NCBI GenBank assembly: GCA_031459915.1
Contig: JAVKHO010000017.1
Span: 1-61,301, forward strand
Origin: Candidatus Tepidifontimicrobium thermophilum
GTDB taxonomy: Bacteria > Sysuimicrobiota > Sysuimicrobiia > Sysuimicrobiales > Sysuimicrobiaceae
Direction: 5' to 3'
DNA: 61,301 nt
Of this stretch, positions 1-9,106 are shown in pieces; within the stretch, counting starts at the first letter, position 1, and each line of letters begins with the position of its first letter. The notes beneath the pieces are model-generated. The model worked only from the letters and a program-made list of their open reading frames with translations. It was not told the DNA's origin and ran no database searches. The position numbers were made by a program, and so were the translations under genes.

Positions 1-50
1 CACGATGCCCCGCTCCCGCAGGGCGCTCCAAACCCGATCCCGTACCAGGC

Positions 51-527
<477 letters not shown>

Positions 528-631
528 GACCTGCCTCCCCTTCCTGGATTGCTGTTCGCGCCGGCGGTGGTCCGGCCCCGTGGCATCTTACCAGAAGGGC
601 CCGTACGGGTCGAGGGGAAGGCCCCAGGGGC

Positions 632-707
<76 letters not shown>

Positions 708-722
708 CCTGGGCCGGGTCGA

Positions 723-740
723 TTATACCAGCGGGGCCCC
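723..740 (-). promoter_or_regulatory. Sigma70-type -10 region of the tRNA-Thr promoter
   Basis: Minus strand TTGGAC-17 nt-TATAAT just upstream of the tRNA; coordinates approximate. Confidence 0.6.
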
Positions 741-817
741 CCGCGTCCAAGGCGCGCCCCTACCCCGGGGCGCCCCGGGGTGACAGAATAGGGGAAGCCG
801 GTTCGGGGAGGCGGAAT

Positions 818-886
818 ATGGGAGACGTGCTCCTTTGGTTGCTGATCGCCCTGCTGATCTATCTCGTGTTCTTCGCCAGCGGCTGA
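818..886 (+). CDS. Putative 22-aa single-TM small protein
   Basis: GGGGAGG SD, then ATG; MGDVLLWLLIALLIYLVFFASG*; GC3-rich codons. Confidence 0.5.
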   Translation: MGDVLLWLLIALLIYLVFFASG

Positions 887-891
887 CCGGG

Positions 892-980
892 TGGTGGGCG
901 GGGTGGGGATCGAACCCACAAGGGCCCTGTGGCCCAGCGGATTTTAAGTCCGCCGCGTTTGCCGGTTTCGCCACCCGCCC
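892..980 (-). tRNA. tRNA-Leu(TAA)
   Basis: GGGCGGGTGGCGAAACCGGCAAACGCGGCGGACTTAAAATCCGC...GGTTCGATCCCCACCCCGCCCACCA; long variable arm. Confidence 0.96.
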
Positions 981-996
981 CCGGACCACGGTACCG

Positions 997-1025
997 TTGC
1001 GGCGGCTCGAGCGCAACCCTATAAT
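997..1025 (+). promoter_or_regulatory. Sigma70-type promoter for tRNA-Gly
   Basis: TTGCGG (997-1002), 17 nt spacer, TATAAT (1020-1025). Confidence 0.7.
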
Positions 1026-1038
1026 CGGAAGGCGACGG

Positions 1039-1113
1039 GCGGGTGTAGCTCAGCGGTAGAGCGTCGGCTTGCCATGCCGAAGGTCGCGGGTTCAAATCCC
1101 GTCGCCCGCTCCA
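1039..1113 (+). tRNA. tRNA-Gly(GCC)
   Basis: GCGGGTGTAGCTCAGCGGTAGAGCGTCGGCTTGCCATGCCGAAGGTCGCGGGTTCAAATCCCGTCGCCCGCTCCA. Confidence 0.97.
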
Positions 1114-1188
1114 GCTGGCTCCGATGAGCCCCCAGCCGGTGCTCCCGGCACGCTTCTTGCACCCACCCCGTCCTGGGGGTGAAACCGC

Positions 1189-1461
1189 ATGGGAGTGTGC
1201 GCCCGCTGCGGGTCCCCGGACCTGCGGCAGGGCTGGGAGTGGCGGTCGCACCGCATCGGCGGGCACGTTCTCGCCGGCTGGACGCCCACCGTCTGGTGCG
1301 GGACCTGCGGGACCCTCTGGCCCTGGGCCCAGCGGCAAACCCCGGCCGTCCGCAACCCCTGGCTGGTGGACCGCCTTTCGCCGGCCCTGGCCTACCTGCA
1401 GGCCGAAGGCGACCTCATCGTGGTACGCTGGCCGGACGGTTCGTACGAGGTGGTGGCCTGA
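1189..1461 (+). CDS. Small zinc-ribbon protein (YgiT/MqsA-N-like spacing)
   Basis: CARC-x29-CGTC; GGGGGTGA SD-like element upstream; strong GC3 bias. Confidence 0.7.
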   Translation: MGVCARCGSPDLRQGWEWRSHRIGGHVLAGWTPTVWCGTCGTLWPWAQRQTPAVRNPWLVDRLSPALAYLQAEGDLIVVRWPDGSYEVVA

Positions 1462-1584
1462 CCGGACCGTGCCACCGTCTTTCAGGACCCTCCACCCTCC
1501 CTGTGACGGCCCCCGCCCGAGGTGTTAGAATGCCGCCGGCCGCCGCGGTTGCCCGCGGTCAACTTCCTCGGTGGGAGGTGCGGG

Positions 1585-2082
1585 TTGCCGGAGATCCAGG
1601 TAGGAGACCGCGTCCCGGAGGTGATTCTGATTGGTCCGGACCGGCAGCCGGTCCGGCTGTCCTCTTTGCTCGGCCAGCCGCTGGTCCTGGCCTTCTTCCC
1701 CGCGGCATTTACGCCCACCTGCACCCGGGAGATGTGCGCGTTCCGCGACGGACTGGAGCGGTTCAACCAGCTCAAGGCACGGGTGGTGGGGATCAGCGTG
1801 GACCTGCCAGCCAGCCTGCAGGCCTTCGCCGAGCACCTGGGACTGAACTTCCCGCTGCTGAGCGACTACGGCCGTCAGGCCGTGCGGGCGTTCGGCGTGG
1901 AGGATCCCAAGCCCTTCGCCGGCCTTTTCCCGGGCCTGGCCCGGCGCGCGGTGTTCGTAGCGGACCCCCAGGGGACCGTGGTGTACCGGTGGGTGTCCGA
2001 GGACCCGAAGGTGGAGCCGCCCTACCCGGAGGTGGAGCAGGCGGCGGCGTCGGTGGCAGACCGGACCCCCTCCGTGCGTTGA
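1585..2082 (+). CDS. Peroxiredoxin (BCP/PrxQ-AhpE-like)
   Basis: FFPAAFTPTCTREMC (PxxxTxxC), GISVD, FPLLSD; TTG start after GGGAGG. Confidence 0.9.
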   Translation: MPEIQVGDRVPEVILIGPDRQPVRLSSLLGQPLVLAFFPAAFTPTCTREMCAFRDGLERFNQLKARVVGISVDLPASLQAFAEHLGLNFPLLSDYGRQAVRAFGVEDPKPFAGLFPGLARRAVFVADPQGTVVYRWVSEDPKVEPPYPEVEQAAASVADRTPSVR

Positions 2083-2116
2083 GCGGCCCCATCTGAGCTG
2101 GTACAATGCCGGTCGG

Positions 2117-2190
2117 GGCGACGTAGCCAAGAGGCAAGGCAGGGGTCTGCAAAACCCCGATCCCCGGTTCGAATCCGGGCGTCGCCTCCA
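2117..2190 (+). tRNA. tRNA-Cys(GCA)
   Basis: GGCGACGTAGCCAAGAGGCAAGGCAGGGGTCTGCAAAACCCCGATCCCCGGTTCGAATCCGGGCGTCGCCTCCA; TACAAT just upstream. Confidence 0.97.
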
Positions 2191-2192
2191 CG

Positions 2193-3191
2193 CTATCCGA
2201 TCCCCCGCGAGAGGACCCACAGGAAGAAGGGGACGCCCACCAAGGCGGTGACGGCTCCTACGGGGATCTCCAGGGGAGCGGTGACGGTCCGGGCCAGCAG
2301 GTCGGCCCACACCAGCAGGGCAGCTCCCCACAGAGCGGAGCCGGGCAGCAGCGCGGCGTGCACGGAACCACCCAGCCGGCGGACCGCGTGCGGCACCACC
2401 AGCCCCACGAAGCCCACCAGCCCCGCGGACGCTACCGCAGCGGCGGTCATGAGGGTGGCTGCGGCGACCAGCGCCGCCCGGACCCGCGGCACCGCCACCC
2501 CCGCAGAAGCCGCCTCCTCCTCTCCCAGCAGCAGCACGTCCAGCTCCCGGGCGTGCCACCGGGCGAGACAGTAGCCTGCCAGGACGGCTGGTGCGGTCAG
2601 GCGGACGTGATCCCAGCCCCGGCCGCCCAGGCTGCCCAGCAGCCACGCCAGGGCCTGCTGGAGGGAACCGTGGGAGAGGACCAGGACCACCGACAGGACC
2701 GCGGCGAAGAACGTACCTGCCGCTAGCCCGGCCAGCAGGAGGTCCTCCGGTCCGCGCCCGCGGGTTGCAGCCAGCCGGTACACCAGGAGGACGGCCCCAG
2801 CTCCGGAGGCGAACGCGGCCGCGGACACCGCTAGGCCTGCCAGCCCTGCTGCGATGGCCGCCACCGCACCCAGGGCGGCACCCGGAGCCACTCCCACCAC
2901 GTACGGGTCAGCCAGGGGATTGCGGAAGAGGGTCTGGTACACAGCTCCTGACGCGGCCAGGGCAGCGCCCACTAGACCGGCCAAAACCACCCTGGGCAGC
3001 CGTAATTCCACCACGATGGCGTACGCCGGGCCGCCGCCCCCCGCGGTGCCCACCGCGCGCCACAGCGCCGCCCACACCTCCGACAGCGGCAGGGGCACAG
3101 ACCCCAGGGCGAGGGCGCACACGGCACTCCCTGCCAGCCACGTCCAGCCAGCTGGCAGGAGCCACCCGCCCGGGGACCGAGGCGCCCGCAA
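2193..3191 (-). CDS. FecCD/BtuC-family ABC permease (iron chelate or cobalamin)
   Basis: LRLPRVVLA, QTLFRNPLADPY, GFVGLVVPH, EIPVGAVTALVGVPFF. Confidence 0.93.
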   Translation of the reverse strand: MRAPRSPGGWLLPAGWTWLAGSAVCALALGSVPLPLSEVWAALWRAVGTAGGGGPAYAIVVELRLPRVVLAGLVGAALAASGAVYQTLFRNPLADPYVVGVAPGAALGAVAAIAAGLAGLAVSAAAFASGAGAVLLVYRLAATRGRGPEDLLLAGLAAGTFFAAVLSVVLVLSHGSLQQALAWLLGSLGGRGWDHVRLTAPAVLAGYCLARWHARELDVLLLGEEEAASAGVAVPRVRAALVAAATLMTAAAVASAGLVGFVGLVVPHAVRRLGGSVHAALLPGSALWGAALLVWADLLARTVTAPLEIPVGAVTALVGVPFFLWVLSRGIG

Positions 3192-3206
3192 GGACCGGCG
3201 CCGCCT

Positions 3207-3818
3207 TCACCGGGCGCGGATGAGGGACAGGAACTCCGCCCGGGTACGGGCGTCGTCCCGGAACAGGCCCCGCATGGCGGAGGTGACCATGACGCTACCC
3301 GGCTTTTTGACGCCCCGCATGGTCATGCAGAGGTGTTCCGCCTCGATGACTACCGCGGAGCCCTTGGCCTGCAGGGCGTCCATCAGCAGGTCGGCGATCT
3401 GCGAGGTCAGGCGCTCCTGGACCTGAGGCCGCCGTGCTAGGGTTTCCACCACCCGCGCCACCTTGCTGATCCCAACCACCCGGCCGTTGGGCACGTACCC
3501 TACGTGGGCCACGCCGTGGAAGGGCAGCAGGTGGTGCTCGCAGAGGGAGTAGAAGGGGATGTCCTTGAGCACCACCATCTCGTGGTGCTGCTCCTCCTCG
3601 AAGCCCACCCGCAGGTACTCGCCGGGATCCCGGTGGAGGCCGCTGAACAGCTCCGCGTACATCGCCGCGATCCGCCGCGGGGTTTCCCGCAACCCCTCTC
3701 GCCCGGGGTCCTCCCCGATGGCCTGCAGGATCTCCACCACCGCGGCCTCGATCCGCTGGCGATCCACCAGCACTCGCGGTGTGGCCACCCGCCGTCCCGC
3801 TGTGTCTCGTCCGTCCAT
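3207..3818 (-). CDS. folE: GTP cyclohydrolase I
   Basis: [42 protein letters not shown]; start placed at the ATG after GGAGGAGG. Confidence 0.97.
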   Translation of the reverse strand: MDGRDTAGRRVATPRVLVDRQRIEAAVVEILQAIGEDPGREGLRETPRRIAAMYAELFSGLHRDPGEYLRVGFEEEQHHEMVVLKDIPFYSLCEHHLLPFHGVAHVGYVPNGRVVGISKVARVVETLARRPQVQERLTSQIADLLMDALQAKGSAVVIEAEHLCMTMRGVKKPGSVMVTSAMRGLFRDDARTRAEFLSLIRAR

Positions 3819-3880
3819 CTCCTCCTCCTTTGCCCCACCCGGCTTTCCGTCCCGTCGCGGTTCCACCGGCTTTTTACGTG

Positions 3881-4771
3881 TTACCTCCAGCCGGTCTGCC
3901 GGACGAAGGACTCGGTGGTGTCTGGGACCGGAACCATCCCCAGCAGCCCTTCCAGGGTGCGCGCCAACCGTACCGTGAACCGCACGTCGTGGGTCCGGAC
4001 CACCCGCGCGCCCCGCTCGATCCCCAGCACCACCGCGGCCGCGGTGGCTTCCAGCAGCTCCTCCGGCGGCAGCCGCAGGATGTCCCGAAGGTAGTTCTTG
4101 CGGGAGGTGGCCAGGTACACCGGGTAGCCGAGGGTGAGGAGCTCGTCCAGCCGGCGCAGCAGCTCCACGTCGTGCGCGGGGGTCTTGCCGAAGCTGAAGC
4201 CGGGATCCACCAAAATCCGGTCCGCGCCCACCCCTGCCTGCCGCGCGCGGGCGGTGCGCTCGTGGAGGAAGGCGTACACCTCCCGGAAGACGTCGTCGTA
4301 GCGGGGATCCACCTGCGCAACCTTGTGCGGGCCTCGCCGGTGCATCACCACCAGTCCGGCGCCGTACTCCGCGGCCACCTCCGCCATCTCGGGGTGCTCA
4401 AGCCCGCTCACGTCGTTCACCGCCACCGCCCCGGCGTCCAGGGCCCTTCGGGCCACCCCCGGCTTGACCGTCTCCACCACCACCGGCAGGGCCAGCTCCG
4501 AGCGGACCCGCTCGATCACCGGGACCACCCGCCGGATCTCCTCGCCCTCAGGCACGTGCGGCCCCGGCCGCGCGGACTCCCCACCCACCTCGAGGAGATC
4601 CGCGCCCTCCTCCGCGATTTCCCGGGCCCGGCGAACGGCGGAGGCGAGGTCGGGGTGACGGGCGGCGGCGTAGAAGGAGTCCGTGGTCACGTTCAGGACC
4701 CCGACCACGTACACCCGTCGGCGCAGGTCGAGGACCACGTCCCGCAGGCGCAGAAAGCCCAGGTGGTCCAC
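3881..4771 (-). CDS. folP: Dihydropteroate synthase
   Basis: [36 protein letters not shown]. Confidence 0.95.
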   Translation of the reverse strand: MDHLGFLRLRDVVLDLRRRVYVVGVLNVTTDSFYAAARHPDLASAVRRAREIAEEGADLLEVGGESARPGPHVPEGEEIRRVVPVIERVRSELALPVVVETVKPGVARRALDAGAVAVNDVSGLEHPEMAEVAAEYGAGLVVMHRRGPHKVAQVDPRYDDVFREVYAFLHERTARARQAGVGADRILVDPGFSFGKTPAHDVELLRRLDELLTLGYPVYLATSRKNYLRDILRLPPEELLEATAAAVVLGIERGARVVRTHDVRFTVRLARTLEGLLGMVPVPDTTESFVRQTGWR

Positions 4772-4869
4772 AAGACCCCATTGTACCGGCCGGACGCGTC
4801 ACAGTCCTGCCGGGCCTTCCACGCAGGAGGTGGCCGGACCGGGGCGAACCGTCTTTCGCGGAGGCCAGT

Positions 4870-5958
4870 ATGGATCCGCACGCGAGGGCCGTCCTCAAAG
4901 ACATTCCCGCGTACGTGCCGGGAACGCGTGCGCTGCCCCGGACGGAAAGCTCCCCGCTGGTGCACCTCGCATCCAACGAGAACCCCCTCGGTCCCTCTCC
5001 CCTGGCCCTGGAGGCGCTGGCCCGCGCGAGCTCGCAGTGGGCCCGCTACCCCGACGACGACAGCGCTGAGCTCCGGGAGGCGCTGGCCGCAAGGCATGGA
5101 GTCCCGGCCTCGTGCGTGGCCGTGGGTGCAGGCAGTACAGCACTGCTCAAGCTGCTGGCGGAGGCCTACCTGGATGCCCGCCGGAAGGCGGTGTACGCGT
5201 GGCCGAGCTTCCCCATGTACCCGGTGGCCGCACGGCTGCAGGAGGCGCGGGAAGTCCGGGTCCCCCTGGACGGCGGCGGCCGCCACGACCTGGCCCGGAT
5301 GGCGGAGGCGGCGAAGGGAGCGAGCCTGGTGGTGGTGTGCAATCCCAACAACCCCACCGGGACCTACGTGTCGGAGGCTGAGCTCGCGGCGTTCCTGGAC
5401 CGGGTGCCGCGGGACGCCCTGGTGGTGCTGGACGAAGCGTACGCGGAGTTCGCGCGGGCTACGGCAGCCGACTACCCGGACGGCGTCCGGTGGGTCCGGG
5501 AAGGCCGACGGGTGGCCGTGCTGCGCAGCTTCTCCAAGGTGTACGGGCTGGCGGGCCTGCGGGTCGGCTACCTGGTGGCGCCCCCCGAGGTGGTGGAAGC
5601 GGTGGGGCGGGTGCGGGAGCCGTTCCAGGTTTCCGCGCCCGCGCAGGCAGCGGCCCTGGCAGCCCTGGAAGACGAGGGTCATGTAGCCCGCACCCTGCAC
5701 GTGGTGGCAGAGGGCCGGCGGCGCCTGCAGCAGCTGGCCGATCAGCTCGGCCTGCCTAGCTACCGCAGCGTGGCCAACTTCGTGTGGCTGGACGTGGGGC
5801 GCCCGGCGGAGCAAGTCGCCGCAGAACTCCTCCGGCGAGGGGTGCGGGTGCGGCCGGGGCCGACCGGGACCACGTGGGTGCGGGTGTCGGTGGGGACCTC
5901 CGAAGAGATCAACCGGTTCGAGGCAGCCCTGCTCCAGGTGCTGGCTACGCTGCCCTGA
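4870..5958 (+). CDS. hisC: Histidinol-phosphate aminotransferase
   Basis: LASNENPLGPSP, CNPNNPTG, LDEAYAEF, RSFSKVYGLAGLRVGY. Confidence 0.92.
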   Translation: MDPHARAVLKDIPAYVPGTRALPRTESSPLVHLASNENPLGPSPLALEALARASSQWARYPDDDSAELREALAARHGVPASCVAVGAGSTALLKLLAEAYLDARRKAVYAWPSFPMYPVAARLQEAREVRVPLDGGGRHDLARMAEAAKGASLVVVCNPNNPTGTYVSEAELAAFLDRVPRDALVVLDEAYAEFARATAADYPDGVRWVREGRRVAVLRSFSKVYGLAGLRVGYLVAPPEVVEAVGRVREPFQVSAPAQAAALAALEDEGHVARTLHVVAEGRRRLQQLADQLGLPSYRSVANFVWLDVGRPAEQVAAELLRRGVRVRPGPTGTTWVRVSVGTSEEINRFEAALLQVLATLP

Positions 5959-6034
5959 CTCCCGGCAGGGGCGCCCGGCGCTGGCGCAGAAGTACACAAC
6001 ACCGCGAAGAATTCTGCCGAGGGGGGAGCGAGCG

Positions 6035-7270
6035 ATGGTCGGTCGCAGGTGGTCGGTCCTGCTCCTGGTGGGAGCCCTGGCCGCGGCGTCGGTGATGGGT
6101 GCTGCGGCCGCCCCCGCCTTCCGGTTCGACCGCAACATCAAGGTGGGCGTGGTAGACACCTACAGCGGGCCGCCCGCGGTGTTCGGGAACGACGCCCTCA
6201 ACGGGTTCCGGCTGGCCCTGCAGGAGATCAACCGGGACGGGGTGCACGGAGCGCGCATCGAGTTCGTCACCCGGGACGAGAAGTTCAGCCCGGAGATCGG
6301 CCTCAGCATGGCCCGAGAGCTGGTGCTGCAGGAGCGGGTAGACGTCCTGGTGGGCACCATCAACAGCGCCACGGCCCTGGCCATCTCCGCCTTCGCCCGG
6401 GAGCAGCGGGTCCCCTTCATCGTGTGGATCTCCAAGAGCGAGGCCATCACCGGCGCCAGGGGCCACCGGTACGTGTTCAGCACGGGGGAGAACACCGCCA
6501 TGGCGGGAAAGGCGCTGGCCGAAGCCATGGCCCGGCGCGGGTACACCCGGTTCTGGCTGGCGGCGGAGGACTACGAGTACGGACACGCCATCACCAACTC
6601 CTTCTGGCGGTTCATGAAGCGCGCCAGGCCCGAGTCCACCCTGGTGGGGCAGACGTGGTGGCGGACCGGTGAACCGGACCTGGTGCCGTACCTCACCCAG
6701 ATCCTCCAGGCCCGGCCTCAGGCGGTGTTCTTCGGGACAGGTGGGGCCGGCATGGCCAACGTGATGCGGACCATGCAGGTGATCGGCTTTGCCCAGCGGA
6801 TCCCGTCGGCCATCCACACCGCCATCGACGTGACGGTCCTGCGGCCCCTGGGTGCCGCGGCTCCCGAAGGCGTGTTCGGGACCACCGACTACCTGTACTA
6901 CTACCCGGAGACCCCGGCCAACCGGAAGTTCGTGCAGGACTTCCAGGCGGCGTACGGCTCTCCGCCCGGGTTCCCGGCCTTCCACGGCTACATCACGGGC
7001 TACTTCATCGCCGAGGCCTACCGGAAGGCACGGTCCTTGGACCGGGACCGCTTCGTGGAGGCCCTGGAGGGCCTGCGGGTCCCCACGCCCATGGGCGAGG
7101 TGGAGATGCGCGGCTGCGACCACCAGGCGGTGCTGCCCATCATCTTCGGGGTCACCCGCAGGGACCCGCGGTTCCCGCACCTGGTGGCGGGAGATCCCAC
7201 CATCCTTCCCGGCCGGGACGTGATGCCCACGTGCGAGGACGTCCGCCGGGCGCGGGAGCGGGCGCAGTAA
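6035..7270 (+). CDS. Liv-type (HAAT) ABC transporter substrate-binding protein
   Basis: Signal peptide; IKVGVVDTYSG, EINRDG..IEFVTRD, DYEYG, MRGCDHQA. Confidence 0.92.
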   Translation: MVGRRWSVLLLVGALAAASVMGAAAAPAFRFDRNIKVGVVDTYSGPPAVFGNDALNGFRLALQEINRDGVHGARIEFVTRDEKFSPEIGLSMARELVLQERVDVLVGTINSATALAISAFAREQRVPFIVWISKSEAITGARGHRYVFSTGENTAMAGKALAEAMARRGYTRFWLAAEDYEYGHAITNSFWRFMKRARPESTLVGQTWWRTGEPDLVPYLTQILQARPQAVFFGTGGAGMANVMRTMQVIGFAQRIPSAIHTAIDVTVLRPLGAAAPEGVFGTTDYLYYYPETPANRKFVQDFQAAYGSPPGFPAFHGYITGYFIAEAYRKARSLDRDRFVEALEGLRVPTPMGEVEMRGCDHQAVLPIIFGVTRRDPRFPHLVAGDPTILPGRDVMPTCEDVRRARERAQ

Positions 7271-7274
7271 CGCC

Positions 7275-8153
7275 GTGGACGCCGCCGCGGTCCTGGGTCA
7301 GCTGGTGGTGGGGCTGAGCCGGGCGATGATCCTGTTCATCGTTTCGGCAGGGCTCACCCTGATTTTGGGCGTCCTGCGGGTGCCCAACGTGTTCCACGGG
7401 TCCCTGTACATGCTCGGCGCCTTCGTGGCGTGGACCGTGGCGGAGGCCGTGGGCTCCCACCCCGCGAGCCTGTGGCTGGCGCTAGCCGCCGCCCCCCTGG
7501 TTACCGCGGCCGTGGGCTTGGTCCTGGAGCGGCTCCTGCTGTCGCGGCTGTACCACCGCGAGCACCTCATGCTGATCCTGTTCACCTTCGGGGTCATGCT
7601 GGTGCTCAACGACGCAGTGAAGCTGCTGTGGGGCCCCACCTACCGGTCCCTGGTGCCGCCGCCGTCCCTGCAGGGTGCCGTAACCGTCCTGGGCGTTGCC
7701 CTGCCCAAGTTCAACCTGGTGCTGCTCGTCGCGGGGCCGGTGGTGGGCCTGAGCCTGTGGCTGTTCACCCACCGAACCCGGGCAGGCAGGATTGCCAGAG
7801 CTGCCGCCACGGACCGGGACATGGTGGCGGTGCTGGGCGTGGACGTGAGCCGCGTGTTCGGGATGGCCTTCGCCCTGGGCTGCTTTTTGGCCGGCCTGGG
7901 CGGGGCTCTGGTCGCGCCCACCACCAGCATCACCCTGGGGATGGACCACAGCCTGCTCATCGACAGCTTCCTGATCGTCATCGTAGGCGGGTTGGGGAAC
8001 CTGTGGGGCGCCCTCGCGGGCTCGTTGCTGTTCGGGATCACCCAGTCCGTGGGCCTGCTGGTCTGGCCGCAGTTCGCCGTGGCGTTCCCCTACGCGGTCA
8101 CCGCGGCGGTGCTGCTGGTGCGGCCCACCGGCCTCCTGCGGTCCGCGTGGTGA
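7275..8153 (+). CDS. Liv-type ABC permease (LivH-like)
   Basis: GLTLILGVLRVPNVFHG, GRIARAAATDRDM, IVIVGGLGN, RPTGL. Confidence 0.92.
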   Translation: MDAAAVLGQLVVGLSRAMILFIVSAGLTLILGVLRVPNVFHGSLYMLGAFVAWTVAEAVGSHPASLWLALAAAPLVTAAVGLVLERLLLSRLYHREHLMLILFTFGVMLVLNDAVKLLWGPTYRSLVPPPSLQGAVTVLGVALPKFNLVLLVAGPVVGLSLWLFTHRTRAGRIARAAATDRDMVAVLGVDVSRVFGMAFALGCFLAGLGGALVAPTTSITLGMDHSLLIDSFLIVIVGGLGNLWGALAGSLLFGITQSVGLLVWPQFAVAFPYAVTAAVLLVRPTGLLRSAW

Positions 8154-9106
8154 GCGGCCGGGTCCTCCTGGGGCTAGCGCTGGCCGCGCTGGCGGCGGCT
8201 CCCGCGGTCCTCCCGCCGTTCTTCGTGTACCTGCTGGCCCTGGTCCTGGTCACGGGGCTGCTGGCCACCAGCCTGAACCTGGTGCTCGGCTACGGGGGGC
8301 TGTACCAGTTCCACCACGGGGTGTTCTACGGCATCGGCGCGTACACCGCCGCGGTGGGGATCACCCGGCTGGGCTGGCCTGTGTGGCTGGCCTTCCTTGC
8401 GGGCCCGCTGGCCGCAGGGCTGGCGGGGCTGGTGATCGGCTTCTTCTGCGTGCGGCTGTCGCGCCTGTACTTCGGCATGCTCCAGCTGTCGCTGGGTTCC
8501 TTCGTGTGGATCGTGGCCCTGCGGTGGTACCCGGTCACGGGCGGGGACAACGGGATCCACGGGATCCCCCTGCCGCCCGTCCTGCAGACGCTCCCGGGCG
8601 CGTACGCCCTGGTGGCCGGAGCGGTGGTCGCCTCCCTGGCCGCCCTCTGGGCGGTGGTGCGGTCCCCCTTCGGGCTCACCCTGCAGGCCATCCGCGACAA
8701 CCCGCAGCGGTCCGAGGTGATGGGCGTAGACGTGCGCGCCCACCAGCTGGCTGCCATCGTGCTGGCGGCCTTCTTCGCCGGCGTAGCGGGCGTGCTGTAC
8801 GTGGCCCTGGAGCGGTCGGTGTTCCCCAGCATGCTGTTCTGGGTCCTGTCCCTAGAGATCCTGGTGATGTGCCTGCTGGGCGGCTGGTTCACCTTCTCCG
8901 GGCCCCTGGTGGGCGCGGCCGTGGTGGTGGGGCTACGGACCCTGGCGGGCCGGTACACCGAGTACTGGACCCTCGTGCTGGGCGTGCTGCTGATCCTCCT
9001 CATCTTCTTCCTCCCGGAGGGGATCATGGGCCACCTGCAGCAACGGTGGAAGGCCTACCGCGCCCCCTCCGCCCGGCCCGCGACCGCGGGGGACGTCCGT
9101 GGCTGA
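8150..9106 (+). CDS. Liv-type ABC permease (LivM-like)
   Basis: SLNLVLGYGG, TGGDNG, SPFGLTLQAIRDN, PEGIMG; GTGA start overlaps the previous stop. Confidence 0.92.
   Translation: MSGRVLLGLALAALAAAPAVLPPFFVYLLALVLVTGLLATSLNLVLGYGGLYQFHHGVFYGIGAYTAAVGITRLGWPVWLAFLAGPLAAGLAGLVIGFFCVRLSRLYFGMLQLSLGSFVWIVALRWYPVTGGDNGIHGIPLPPVLQTLPGAYALVAGAVVASLAALWAVVRSPFGLTLQAIRDNPQRSEVMGVDVRAHQLAAIVLAAFFAGVAGVLYVALERSVFPSMLFWVLSLEILVMCLLGGWFTFSGPLVGAAVVVGLRTLAGRYTEYWTLVLGVLLILLIFFLPEGIMGHLQQRWKAYRAPSARPATAGDVRG

Noticed and set aside
762..781. GC-rich palindrome ACCCCGGGGCGCCCCGGGGT
   Set aside because: Low-complexity GC palindromes are frequent by chance at this composition and it occurs once.
5960..6034. Sigma54 -24/-12 promoter upstream of the Liv operon (TGGCGC...)
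   Set aside because: No TTGC at the -12 position; I found no convincing -24/-12 site in the intergenic regions examined.
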